Counted from the stretch's first letter, positions 36,115 through 45,584 are shown. The stretch: 64,000 bases of DNA from an uncultured Chloroflexia bacterium (GCA_963798955.1 CAWCVO010000002.1:157599-221598), one strand, 5' to 3'. Notes: a model not told the origin generated them from the letters alone. Numbers and translations: made by a program.

Positions 36115-36363
36115 TCAGGCAGGTACGCGGCGTCCACCCTGGCCGGCGGGTGCCTCACCGGACGAGTCATCCGGGTGGGCGGCGGTCACGCGCTGATATT
36201 CGGCGCGCAGGGTGGCGATCTCTGCTTCCAGGGCGTCGTAGTCGTCGCTGAGCGGCTCAACTTCGGCCAAGCGTCGCTCGAGTTCTCGCCACGCATCAAG
36301 GACCTCGCGTGCGGCGCGGTCGCTCACGTCTCCCTCCACGGCAGTGCGCGAACCCGTGTACAC
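36115..36363 (-). CDS. hypothetical small coiled-coil protein
   Basis: 82-aa ORF, charged and helical, immediately upstream of the TMEM175 gene. Confidence 0.35.
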   Translation of the reverse strand: MYTGSRTAVEGDVSDRAAREVLDAWRELERRLAEVEPLSDDYDALEAEIATLRAEYQRVTAAHPDDSSGEAPAGQGGRRVPA

Positions 36364-36421
36364 ATGCAGCAGGACCTATATAGCGCAGGCGGTCACGGCG
36401 ATCAAGCAGCCAGGCGGCGGA

Positions 36422-37216
36422 TCACATGGTCTGGTTGGCGATCGCCAATTCACGCTTCGTCCAGGACTGCAGTGCGCTCAATTGGCGTTCGTCGAGCACG
36501 TCACAAGCCCAGTCCCAGTGAATTGAGACGACGTCACCGGGCGCGACCTGCGCCACGAACCCCAGCCCATCGCGAAATCCGCTGATGCGTTCGGCTCGCG
36601 GCGGACCCACCTGCAGCCTGCCTTCGACCATCGCCAGCGGCACCGCATTGACGACCAATTCATCGCCGATGCGCTCGCTTACGCGTCCCCAACGAATGCG
36701 GCACGAATCCATCACCTTGAGCACGTTGTCGGTCGCGCCCGAGCGCATCAGCCCCACGCGCGGGAAGACGTCCAGCACGTGGAAGGCGTGCACCGGCAAG
36801 CCGCCGACGTTCGGCTTGTCGCTCAGCCAGCGCCAGCCGTCGCCGCGCAGCCGCCGCCGAAAGCGCTCGTCGAGCGAGCGCCCGAACATGCGCGGGTCCA
36901 CCCTGTCGAGCAGCTCGTTGCCCAGCCAGTACGCCTCCACCACGCGCGCATCGAGCGGATCGGAGATGCCGTTGGCGGTGGCGATCAGGCGCAGGTAGGG
37001 GAAGGCGCCCTCGAACTGCTCGGCTTCATGGCGCAGTGCGCCGAGGTCATGGCCAACCGTGGCCTGGGCGAACAGCTCATCGGCACTGGCAGGTCCGCAG
37101 TAGCCCAGGCGGTTGGGACCAAACGCGTAGCGCGCAAAGAGGATCGGCCCGGGCACCCGGGCTGGCCGCGATCGAAGTATGGAAGGCAGCCGCGCGGGCG
37201 AAACCATGAGGCTCAC
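36422..37216 (-). CDS. hypothetical protein, last gene of the hydrogenase maturation operon
   Basis: 264-aa ORF with no motif recognised. The ATGA overlap with the hypC stop implies co-translation. Confidence 0.55.
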   Translation of the reverse strand: MSLMVSPARLPSILRSRPARVPGPILFARYAFGPNRLGYCGPASADELFAQATVGHDLGALRHEAEQFEGAFPYLRLIATANGISDPLDARVVEAYWLGNELLDRVDPRMFGRSLDERFRRRLRGDGWRWLSDKPNVGGLPVHAFHVLDVFPRVGLMRSGATDNVLKVMDSCRIRWGRVSERIGDELVVNAVPLAMVEGRLQVGPPRAERISGFRDGLGFVAQVAPGDVVSIHWDWACDVLDERQLSALQSWTKRELAIANQTM

Positions 37217-37434
37217 GATGCGCCGCGCTGCGCCGCGCGCAGTTCCTCGTTGATCGCAGCTGCCTCAACGGCGTCGAGGCGCTCCAGGACGGTGCCCAGC
37301 GCGACGCGCACCCAGTCGCCGGGAGCCGTGTCGGGCATCAGCAGGGTCGATGCCTGCCAGCGCCTGCCCTCACTCTCGACGACCGCGAGGTCGCCTTCCC
37401 GGCCGATGACCTGGGCCACGAAATCGAGGCACAT
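37213..37434 (-). CDS. hypC: hydrogenase maturation factor HypC/HybG
   Basis: 73 aa starting MCL (essential Cys2) plus an OB-fold-like sequence (MCLDFVAQVIGREGDLAVVE…). Confidence 0.8.
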   Translation of the reverse strand: MCLDFVAQVIGREGDLAVVESEGRRWQASTLLMPDTAPGDWVRVALGTVLERLDAVEAAAINEELRAAQRGAS

Positions 37435-37435
37435 G

Positions 37436-37945
37436 TCAACGCCTGCCGGCCGCTGCCGGCCGCCGGCCCAAGCGCTCGATGCCGTGCCCGATGGCGGCCA
37501 CGAATACCGGCAGCGCGTGCTCAACCTCGGGCGACAGCTCGTCGCCCAATCCGAACTCGGCGCCACCCATGCCCACGAACATGCCCTCGACCGGGGCGTC
37601 CCCGAGGACACTCGCGATGCCCAGCACCTGCGCTATGGGCAGCGCGTGCGAGCTGCGCGGGGCAGGCACTCGCGCGTCGGCGAGCAACTCGTGCAGTTCG
37701 AGCGTGACGACCTGGCCGGCGGGCACGCCCGCCGCGGCATCGACGATCAGCACCGGCGTGCCCGCCGGTACATCGAGCAGATGGTCGACATCGAGCTGGC
37801 CGCAGTAGCGCACGTCCACGTCCATGTGGCTTTGCTCGCGCAGGCTGGGCAGCAAGCGCCCTATGGCGTGCAGGGCCACGCCGTCATCGGCGCGATCAGG
37901 CGTACCGCACACCAGAACGCGAACGGCGCCGGCATCACTGATCAT
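37436..37945 (-). CDS. [NiFe] hydrogenase maturation endopeptidase (HyaD/HycI family)
   Basis: VRVLVCGTPDRADDGVALHAIGRL… typical of the Ni-dependent C-terminal protease; about 170 aa from an internal ATG. Confidence 0.8.
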   Translation of the reverse strand: MISDAGAVRVLVCGTPDRADDGVALHAIGRLLPSLREQSHMDVDVRYCGQLDVDHLLDVPAGTPVLIVDAAAGVPAGQVVTLELHELLADARVPAPRSSHALPIAQVLGIASVLGDAPVEGMFVGMGGAEFGLGDELSPEVEHALPVFVAAIGHGIERLGRRPAAAGRR

Positions 37946-39266
37946 CGCGTGCTTCCTCCACATGCACCTCGAGGAAGTGCGTGGCGCACGAGATGCACGG
38001 GTCGTATGCGCGCACCAGTTGCTCAAGCCGGCGCGTCGCCTCGGCCTCGGGCAGTCCCAACACGGCCGGCGCAAAACCCGTCAGGTCGGCCTCGATGGCG
38101 GCCTGGTTCTGGCTGGTGGGCGGCACGATGCGTGCCCTGCTGATAAGGCCCTGCTCGTCGATGTGGTAGGCATGGAAGAGCAGGCCGCGCGGCGCCTCGG
38201 TGGCCCAGCCGGTCGTGCCCGGGCGCGTGGTCCAGGCCGTCGAGGGTGTCTCAGGTCGTGAGTACGCCTCGACGATGTCCAGGGCTTCGGCGGTCGCGTG
38301 CACGAGTTCCACGGCGCGCGCGGCGATCGACCAGAACGGGTTGCGCCTGATCTCGCGCGCGAGCCCGAGCGAGCCGAGCGCCTCCCGAGCGAGCGGATGC
38401 AGCTTCTCGGCATTGAGCGTCAGGCGCGCCGAGGGCCCGAGCAGATAGACCTCGCCGGCGCGCGTACGCGCCTGCAGCGCGTGCGACCAACCGACCTGGT
38501 CCTCCTCGAAGGCGTCCTCCCAGCGGTCGATCGCGACGTCGAGCCCGTCGGTCGAGACGATCCGGCCGTCGTTCATGGGGTACTCGGTCGGATGACGCAG
38601 CGAGACGAGTCGCGGTTCGCGCTCGAAGGGCGGCGCCGACAGCGTGGCGACGAAGTCGACCGTCGCCTGGGCCAGGCTCAACGCCTCCTCGAGCCGGGGT
38701 CGCAGCGCGCGCAGCTCCTCGACGCGCGGCACGCGGCTGAAGCCGCCGACGCGCACCGTCAGTGGGTGGATCGGTCGCGCGCCGAGCAGCGTGACCAGGT
38801 CGTTGCCGATCTTCTTGAGGGTCAGGCCCTGCTGGACCACGGCGCGGTGATCGGCAGCCAACTCGATCGCGCTCTCGTAGCCGAGGAAGTCGGGCGCGTG
38901 AAGAAGGTAGACGTGCAGTGCATGGCTCTCGATCCACTCGCCGCAATAGAACAGCCGGCGCAGTGCCCGGATCTGCGGATCGACGGCGACCTCGAAGAGC
39001 TTCTCGAACGCGTGCACGGCGCTCATCTGATAGGCAATCGGGCAGATGCCGCAGATGCGCGAAACGATGTCGATCACCTCGTCGGGCGTGCGCCCGACAA
39101 CGAGCCGTTCGAAGTAGCGTGGTGCCTCGAAGATACCCAGTTGCGCCTCGACCACCTGGCCGTCGGCGACGCGCAGGGTGAGCGAGCCCTCGCCCTCCAC
39201 GCGCGTCAGCTGGCCGATGTCGAAGTGCCGCTCACCGGTGACGGGCGGCGTGAGCGTGTGAGTCAT
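37935..39266 (-). CDS. [NiFe] hydrogenase large (catalytic) subunit, group 3-type
   Basis: N-terminal RICGICPIAY (L1 CxxC) and C-terminal DPCISCATH (L2 CxxC plus His cleavage site). GGAAGG ribosome-binding site. Confidence 0.9.
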   Translation of the reverse strand: MTHTLTPPVTGERHFDIGQLTRVEGEGSLTLRVADGQVVEAQLGIFEAPRYFERLVVGRTPDEVIDIVSRICGICPIAYQMSAVHAFEKLFEVAVDPQIRALRRLFYCGEWIESHALHVYLLHAPDFLGYESAIELAADHRAVVQQGLTLKKIGNDLVTLLGARPIHPLTVRVGGFSRVPRVEELRALRPRLEEALSLAQATVDFVATLSAPPFEREPRLVSLRHPTEYPMNDGRIVSTDGLDVAIDRWEDAFEEDQVGWSHALQARTRAGEVYLLGPSARLTLNAEKLHPLAREALGSLGLAREIRRNPFWSIAARAVELVHATAEALDIVEAYSRPETPSTAWTTRPGTTGWATEAPRGLLFHAYHIDEQGLISRARIVPPTSQNQAAIEADLTGFAPAVLGLPEAEATRRLEQLVRAYDPCISCATHFLEVHVEEARDDQ

Positions 39267-40093
39267 GACCTGTCCTTCCCCTCGGCTATCGCGCGGAAGG
39301 CCGGCGCGTAGACGGTGAAACCAGAGAACAGGCGGACCACTTCGGCGCGCGAGCGCCCGTCTGCTTCGAGGTAGTCGGCCAGCGCGTGCGTGTTGGCCGC
39401 TTCCTTGGGACCGAAGCAGCCATAGCAGCCACGGTCGAACGAAGGGCATAGCGCGCCACAGCCGGTGCGCGTGACCGGGCCCAGGCAGGCAACGCCCTGG
39501 GCCACGAGGATGCACGGATTACCGCGCCGCTTGCATTCAAGGCAAACGGCCTCGTCGGGTAACTGTGGACGCCGGCCGGTGCTCAGCGCGGTCAGCAGCT
39601 CGAGCAGCTGCGCGCCTGAGATGGGGCAGCCGTACAACTCGGCATCAACAGCGACGTGATCCGACACGGGCGTGGACGTCGCCAGCGACTCGACCAGCTC
39701 GGGCCGTGGATAGACGGCGTTGCGAAAGGCGTCGTGATCGCCCAGGTTGCGCAGCGCCTGGATGCCACCGCTCGTCGCGCAGGCGCCGATGGTGACCAGG
39801 GTGGCCGCCTCGCGGCGCAGCCGGACGATCTCCTCGGCCTGTTCGGGCGTGCTGATCGAGCCCTCGACGAGTAGGACATCGAAGGGGCCCTGCGACCGCC
39901 GCGAGGTGGCCTCGGCGAACTCGACGATCTCGAAGTGCTCAGTGACCGCGAGCAGCTCGTCCTCGAGGTCGAGCAGCGTCAGTTGGCAGCCGTCGCACGA
40001 CGCGAACTTGACGATGCCCACGCGCGGCCGGCGGACGGCGGCCGCGCGGCCGGCGGCGGGCCGCGGCAGCGGGTTGACGATCGCCGACATCAC
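39263..40093 (-). CDS. [NiFe] hydrogenase small subunit (group 3 delta subunit, NuoB-like)
   Basis: IVKFASCDGCQLTLL… GACATSGGIQ… plus C-terminal [4Fe-4S] cysteines. Confidence 0.85.
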   Translation of the reverse strand: MMSAIVNPLPRPAAGRAAAVRRPRVGIVKFASCDGCQLTLLDLEDELLAVTEHFEIVEFAEATSRRSQGPFDVLLVEGSISTPEQAEEIVRLRREAATLVTIGACATSGGIQALRNLGDHDAFRNAVYPRPELVESLATSTPVSDHVAVDAELYGCPISGAQLLELLTALSTGRRPQLPDEAVCLECKRRGNPCILVAQGVACLGPVTRTGCGALCPSFDRGCYGCFGPKEAANTHALADYLEADGRSRAEVVRLFSGFTVYAPAFRAIAEGKDRS

Positions 40094-42129
40094 AGTCCCT
40101 CCGTTTCGAAGGCCGGGCCGAGCTCGGCCAGCGACAGCACGGGACCGTCACGGCAGACGAAGAACTTGCCCAGCTGGCAGTGGCCGCACAGGCCGACGCC
40201 GCAGTCCATGTGCCGTTCGAGAGTCACGAAGATCCGCTCGTCGGTCAGGCCACGCTCGCGAAGGACCTCCGCCGTCGCGCGCATCATGCGTTCCGGCCCG
40301 CACACGAACGCAACCGTGCGATCGCACGAGCACAGCGCCCGGTCGATCACCTGGGTTACGACGCCCACCCGACCGAGCCACTCGGGCCCGGCGCGATCGA
40401 CCGTCTGGGCCACTTCGATGATGCCGCTTGCACCGAGCGCGTTCAGTTCGTCGACGTACAGGCGGTCACTCGGTGTCCGCGCCCCGTAGGCGAGGTGGAT
40501 GACACCGATGCGCTCGCGACGCGCGATCAGGGCGTCGATCAGCGGGCGCAGCGGCGCGAGGCCGATGCCGCCGGTGATGATCATCACGTCACGCCGGTCA
40601 GCCTCCTCGACCGGCCAGCCGCGTCCGAACGGCCCGCGCAGGCTGAGCGTGTCGCCGCGCTCCAGTGCGCAGATCTTCGTGGTCGCGGGACCGGCGGCAC
40701 GGATCGTCAGCTCCAGCCCGTCAGGCCGGAAACGCGATACGGAGATGGGTGGCGCGGCAACCGCCGGCAGGGCGGCCATGACGAACTGACCGGGGCGCCC
40801 GGCCAGTAGGTCTGGATCGCCGGTGGCGAGGCGCAGGGTGACGGTATCGGCCGTCTCGCGGCGCTTCTCGACAACCTGCGCCAGCGACGGATGTGCGCGG
40901 TGCCGGCCAAAGGTTGGCGGCTCACCGTCCGGTTCTGCCTGGTGGAGGACGTTCGGTGGCGCCGGCGTCTCGGGCAGCGGCGCGGTCGCAGTGACCTTGA
41001 CCAGTTCCTCACGAACGTCGATGCCGACCGGGCACCAGGTGATGCACCGGCCGCAGCCCACGCAGCCCGAACTGCCGAACTGGTCCCACCAGGTCCCGAA
41101 CTTGTGCGTCAGCCACTGTCGGTAGCGGTCCTCGGGGCGCGTGCGGAAGTTGCCGCCCGCGACGCGCGCGAAGTCGAGCGTGAAACAGCTGTCCCAACGT
41201 CGCTCGCTGGTCGCCGAATCGCCGTCCAGGTCGGAGGTCTGGCCGACGCTCGTGCAGAAGCAGGTCGGGCAGACCAGCGTGCAGTTGGCACATGCCAGGC
41301 AGCGCTCTGCGATCTCCGCCCAGCGTGGCGAACTGGCCGCCGCGACCAACTTGCCGGCCAGCCCTTCGGTACTGAAGGGAGCGCTCATTCCGGCGCGCAC
41401 GGCAGCCACGCTGGCGCGTGCGGCGGCGACCTGGTCGGGGCCGGCAGGACCCAGCCCCAGCTCGGCGATGACGCCCGCGCCAGCCGCGGAGCCGACACGC
41501 AACACGAAACCCTCGTCAAGCTCCGAGAGGGCGAGGTCAAAACCGTTCGTAACCTCGGGCCCGGTGTTCATCGTCGAGCAGAAACAAGTCCCGCCGGCCA
41601 CGGCACACTCGACGGCCACGATCAGGTTGTCGGCACGCCGCGCCCCGTAGTCACCGTCTGCCACCGGGCCATCGCGCAGCACCCGGTCATGGACGCGCAG
41701 CGCGGCTATCTCGCACGCGCGCACGCCCACGAAGGCGCGCGGCGGAACGGGCTGGCGCGGCGGAACAGGTCGCACGGCGCCGTCGGTCGGCTCCCATTCG
41801 ACCTGGGTCACGCGCGGAGGAAATGTGAAGCGCTTCCACGACATTGGCCCGACCGGCTGGTCGAAGACCCGCTCGTCGTCGCGCTTGACGAGACGAGACT
41901 TGCCGGGAGCATTGTCCAGGCCGATGCCGATGGGCAGCTGCGCCGCGGAGGTCAACTCGGACAGAACGACGGTGCCCTCCGCCACCGTCGGCCCGATTAC
42001 CTCGCGGCCGCCGGCGTGCAACGCGGCGATGAAGCGGTCGAGTTCCTGCCGCGGCAGGAACAGCGCACCCGGCTCGGCACCCTCCGGCGCTGCCTCGGCC
42101 GGCGCGTGGCGTGGTCCCGAGGTCACCAT
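40090..42129 (-). CDS. fused hydrogenase beta-gamma diaphorase subunit: N-terminal 4Fe-4S ferredoxin-like (HydB-like), C-terminal FAD/NAD(P)-binding plus [2Fe-2S] (HydG-like)
   Basis: CLACANCTLVCPTCFC… CVGCGRCITWCP (two 4Fe-4S motifs), then an FNR-like oxidoreductase domain ending CGVGLCGHCQLG. Confidence 0.85.
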   Translation of the reverse strand: MVTSGPRHAPAEAAPEGAEPGALFLPRQELDRFIAALHAGGREVIGPTVAEGTVVLSELTSAAQLPIGIGLDNAPGKSRLVKRDDERVFDQPVGPMSWKRFTFPPRVTQVEWEPTDGAVRPVPPRQPVPPRAFVGVRACEIAALRVHDRVLRDGPVADGDYGARRADNLIVAVECAVAGGTCFCSTMNTGPEVTNGFDLALSELDEGFVLRVGSAAGAGVIAELGLGPAGPDQVAAARASVAAVRAGMSAPFSTEGLAGKLVAAASSPRWAEIAERCLACANCTLVCPTCFCTSVGQTSDLDGDSATSERRWDSCFTLDFARVAGGNFRTRPEDRYRQWLTHKFGTWWDQFGSSGCVGCGRCITWCPVGIDVREELVKVTATAPLPETPAPPNVLHQAEPDGEPPTFGRHRAHPSLAQVVEKRRETADTVTLRLATGDPDLLAGRPGQFVMAALPAVAAPPISVSRFRPDGLELTIRAAGPATTKICALERGDTLSLRGPFGRGWPVEEADRRDVMIITGGIGLAPLRPLIDALIARRERIGVIHLAYGARTPSDRLYVDELNALGASGIIEVAQTVDRAGPEWLGRVGVVTQVIDRALCSCDRTVAFVCGPERMMRATAEVLRERGLTDERIFVTLERHMDCGVGLCGHCQLGKFFVCRDGPVLSLAELGPAFETEGL

Positions 42130-42620
42130 GGTTCGACCCAGCGCTGACTGAACAGATCGAGCAGTTGCAGGCGGGTGCCCTCGAGCCGACGGGCCACGGC
42201 GTTCAGCAGCAGCGGGTAGATCTCCGCGGCGAGCTGCTGGTCACGCCCAAGCGCCTCGCGCAGGGCCGCGCCGTCGAAGAGCGCCAGCTCGGTCGGCACC
42301 AGGGCGACGGCTGTCGAGCTGGCGCGGTGGGGTGGCACCAGCGCCGACCAGCCGACGACATCGCCCGGCTCCACGGTCAGGATGGTGACGTTGCCGCGTT
42401 CCGGCACGCGCAGCCGCAGCGCGATGCGCCCACTGAGCACGATACCCACGTTGTCGTTGGGCTCTCCCTCGCGGGTCAGCCCGTCGCCCGCCTCGATCGC
42501 GGCGAGCCGGCCGAGGTCGGCCAGGGCGAGGCGCGTTTCGGGGCGCAGCCCCGTCGTCAGCCAGGCAGCGGCGAGGCTGTCGGCGATGGCGTGGCGACTG
42601 TTGGTGTTGGTTCCTGTCAC
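42123..42620 (-). CDS. cyclic-nucleotide-binding domain protein (Crp-type cNMP-binding fold, no HTH)
   Basis: Beta-roll sequence …DNVGIVLSGRIALRL…GDVVGWSAL…RASSTAVAL. The GTG start at 42620 was chosen; its stop overlaps the hydrogenase beta-gamma start. Confidence 0.7.
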   Translation of the reverse strand: MTGTNTNSRHAIADSLAAAWLTTGLRPETRLALADLGRLAAIEAGDGLTREGEPNDNVGIVLSGRIALRLRVPERGNVTILTVEPGDVVGWSALVPPHRASSTAVALVPTELALFDGAALREALGRDQQLAAEIYPLLLNAVARRLEGTRLQLLDLFSQRWVEPW

Positions 42621-42727
42621 GCTCGAGCGGCTCCTTCCTGCGGGAATCGTCGCGCCGCACGGGTGGTCACGGAGCGTGCCGTTTGGCACGAACGGGCAAC
42701 CCAGTCGTCACCGCACTGGGTGACCGT

Positions 42728-43462
42728 TCAGTGGACGTTGACGCCGATGGCCTGGCCGACGATGAACGTAACCGCCGCGGCCGCGCCGCCGAGCAGCATC
42801 TGGCGCAGCGCGCCGGGCACCACTGCCCGGCGAGTCAGGACGGCAATGCCGACACCGAGCACCGCCAGGGCGGCGAGGCTGACCAGCAGGCTGCCGGCAA
42901 AGGCTGAGCTACCCTCGAGCAACAGATAGGGAACGAGCGGCACCAGCGCGCCGAGCGTGAAGGCGACGAACGAACTGGCGCCAGCAGCCCACGGCGAGCC
43001 GATCGAGCGCTCGTCGAGGCCGACCTCCTCGAAGATGAGCAGGCGCACGGCGTGATCCGGGTCGGCGAAGACGGCGTCGGCAAAGCGTGCCGCCTCAGCA
43101 GGGTCGAAGCCACGCTCAACGTAGCTGCGGATCAGGATGCGCCGCTCCTGCTCGGGCGCCTCGCGCAGTTGCTTGCGCTGGAAGGCGATCTGAAAATCGA
43201 GCAGCTCGCGCTGGCTCTGGACGGAGATGTACTCGCCGACGCCCATGCTGAAGGCGCCTGCGAGCAACCCGGCCACGCCGGCGAGCACGATGATCCAGGT
43301 CTCCGGCGCGGCGCCGGCGACGCCCATCACCAGCGCCAGGTTGGAGACCAGCCCGTCGTTCGCGCCGAATACGACTGGCCGCAGCACGCTGTTGGCACGT
43401 GTCTCGTGCGGCGCGGTCGCTGCCGGCAGCGCCGGCCGGCCAAAGGCAAGTATCCCGGGCAT
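42728..43462 (-). CDS. VIT1/CCC1-family iron/manganese transporter (no ferritin domain)
   Basis: FGANDGLVSNLALVMGVAG… GEYISVQSQRE. Paralogue of the 22396-23571 gene. Confidence 0.8.
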   Translation of the reverse strand: MPGILAFGRPALPAATAPHETRANSVLRPVVFGANDGLVSNLALVMGVAGAAPETWIIVLAGVAGLLAGAFSMGVGEYISVQSQRELLDFQIAFQRKQLREAPEQERRILIRSYVERGFDPAEAARFADAVFADPDHAVRLLIFEEVGLDERSIGSPWAAGASSFVAFTLGALVPLVPYLLLEGSSAFAGSLLVSLAALAVLGVGIAVLTRRAVVPGALRQMLLGGAAAAVTFIVGQAIGVNVH

Positions 43463-43547
43463 GCGCGGACGCTAACCACGCCACGCGCCAGCACGAAGGG
43501 CCATCCGGCCCGAAAGCGTCAACCGGTAGTGACTGGCGCGGCCTCGC

Positions 43548-45482
43548 TCAGCCGGCGGAGCTCAGGTCGTACAGGCGACCCCCGACCTCGGTGACCAGGG
43601 TGCCGTGCTCGGTGACCCAGGCCGCCAGGTCAGTACTGCCGCCGCCCAGGCTGCGCAAGCCGCCCGGCCCAGCGAAGCCACCCGGGCCGCCAAAACCGCC
43701 ATCCGACAGCAGGAAGTAGCGCAGCTGGCCGCTGGCCACGTACTGCTTTAGCTGATCCACCGTCAGGGCGTTGTCGGATCCGTTGAAGCCGCCCACGGCC
43801 ATGACCGCATCACCCGTCGCGAGCTGGATCGGTGCCGCCTCGTTCGAGGAGGCCACGGCGACCAGCCAGGTCGCGTCGCCCTTGTTGGCTTCCAGGTAGG
43901 CGATCAGCTGATCGTCGGCCTGTCCACGGCCGCGCGCGAAAGGGGCACCCCCCGGGACGCCACCGGGACCGCCGCGCAAGCCGGCGTTCGTCGCCGGGCC
44001 AGGCTGCGGATCGCCAGCCGAATAGGCCGTGTTCATCGTCGCCGCGGCGTAGGCAGCGGGCCCGGCGAGCATCGCCACCAGGCCGAGCGTTGCCGCCGCT
44101 ACGGCCAGCCGGGGCGTGACGCCTGGCAGCAGCAGGCCCGCGTCGGCGATCGCCGCCGCGAGGAGCACGAGCGGGATCAGCCACGGCGCGAAGTCGGGCG
44201 TCCGGGCAAGCATGACCGCGGCGAGCAGCGCGGTGGCGGTCAGCGCGCCGGCCATGGTCAGCGTCGCGGCCATGCCCGCCGTGCCACCGGCGCGCCGCAG
44301 CTTCCACAACTCGCCGGCGCCGGCGCCGACGAGGGCACCGATTGCGGGCGCCAATACGACCGCGTAGTAGCTGTGGACGATGCCGCCCATGAACGAGAAG
44401 ACCAGGCCGGTAACGAGAAGCCAGCCACCCCACATCAGGAACGCGGCGCGGCGCAGGTCGGTACGGGGCGCTCGCGCGCGGACCACGAGGCCCACGCCGA
44501 GGGCGATCAGCGCCGCCGGTAGCAGCCAGGCCACCTGGCCACCGAACTCTGAATTGAACAGGCGCAGCAGCCCCGGATCGCCCGAGAAACCGGCGCCTGG
44601 TCCACCGCCACCGCCCGCTGCGCCCGGGCGACCATCGAGTCCGAAGAAGCCGAAGATCCGCTGCAGCCCGTCATAGCCGAACACCAGCTCGAGTGCCGAG
44701 TTGGTCGTGCTGCCACCGATGAACGGCCGCGCAGCGGCGGGAGTGAGCTCGACCGCGGCGATCCAAGCGAAGCTGCTGACGAGGACCGTGGCCAGCGCCG
44801 CCAGCAGGTGCGCCACGCGTCGTGCGACGCCTCCGGGCGCGGCGACGAAGTAGGTCAGCGCAAACGCGGGCAGGACGAGATATGCCTGCAGGAACTTGGT
44901 GTTGAAGGCGAGCCCGACCAGCAACGCCGCGCCCATGACCCAGCGCAGTCGGCCTTCCTCGAGCCCACGCATGAAGCAGTACGCCGAAGCCACCAGCAGC
45001 AGCGTGAGCAGCGCGTCGGGATTGTTGTAGCGAAAGATCAGCACCGCCGCCGGAGTCAATGCGGCGACGGTCGCGGCGATGGTCGCGGCGAGCGTCCCGA
45101 AGTAGCGCCGCACGGCAATGAACAGCAGCACGACCGTCGCGACACCGGCCACGGCCTGCGGCAACAGGACGCTCCACGACGAGAGGCCGAACACCCGCAC
45201 CGACAGGCCCATGAGCATGGTCGAGAGCGGCGGCTTGTCGACGGTGATGAAGTTCGCCGGGTCGAGCGATCCGAAGAACCACGCCGTCCAATCCAGGCTG
45301 GCCGCCTGGGCGGCCATCGAGTAGTAGGCGTTGGCGTAGCCGCTGACGGTCAGGTTGAACAGGTACACGAAGGCTGCCAGGGCGCCAACGGCGGGTAGCG
45401 CGATGGCCTTGATCAGCGAGCGCGCCGAAACCGCCGAGCTTTCGCGCACAGCGCGATTTGCCGCTGCGACGCGGTCGAGCAT
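43548..45482 (-). CDS. GT39/ArnT-like polytopic membrane glycosyltransferase with C-terminal soluble domain
   Basis: About 12 predicted TM helices with PMT/ArnT-like N-terminal loops (…DKPPLSTMLMGLSVRVFG…), Gly-rich linkers and a C-terminal domain. The ATG at 45482 was chosen to avoid overlap with the divergent gene. Confidence 0.6.
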   Translation of the reverse strand: MLDRVAAANRAVRESSAVSARSLIKAIALPAVGALAAFVYLFNLTVSGYANAYYSMAAQAASLDWTAWFFGSLDPANFITVDKPPLSTMLMGLSVRVFGLSSWSVLLPQAVAGVATVVLLFIAVRRYFGTLAATIAATVAALTPAAVLIFRYNNPDALLTLLLVASAYCFMRGLEEGRLRWVMGAALLVGLAFNTKFLQAYLVLPAFALTYFVAAPGGVARRVAHLLAALATVLVSSFAWIAAVELTPAAARPFIGGSTTNSALELVFGYDGLQRIFGFFGLDGRPGAAGGGGGPGAGFSGDPGLLRLFNSEFGGQVAWLLPAALIALGVGLVVRARAPRTDLRRAAFLMWGGWLLVTGLVFSFMGGIVHSYYAVVLAPAIGALVGAGAGELWKLRRAGGTAGMAATLTMAGALTATALLAAVMLARTPDFAPWLIPLVLLAAAIADAGLLLPGVTPRLAVAAATLGLVAMLAGPAAYAAATMNTAYSAGDPQPGPATNAGLRGGPGGVPGGAPFARGRGQADDQLIAYLEANKGDATWLVAVASSNEAAPIQLATGDAVMAVGGFNGSDNALTVDQLKQYVASGQLRYFLLSDGGFGGPGGFAGPGGLRSLGGGSTDLAAWVTEHGTLVTEVGGRLYDLSSAG

Positions 45483-45584
45483 GGCCGGCGTATCCACGCC
45501 CTCGACTCTCGCCGGCGCGCATGTGAGGGTCCCGCGCAGTAGCTGTGAGGTCGATGTGGATGTGGCGCTGCTAGCCTCGCGCAG

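Noticed and set aside
37436-38074. Use of the full 212-aa ORF for the hydrogenase maturation protease
   Set aside because: The first 43 aa (RRPCWDCPRPRRRAG…) overlap the large-subunit C-terminus and are non-protein-like. The conserved protease core starts at MISDAGAVRVLVCG.
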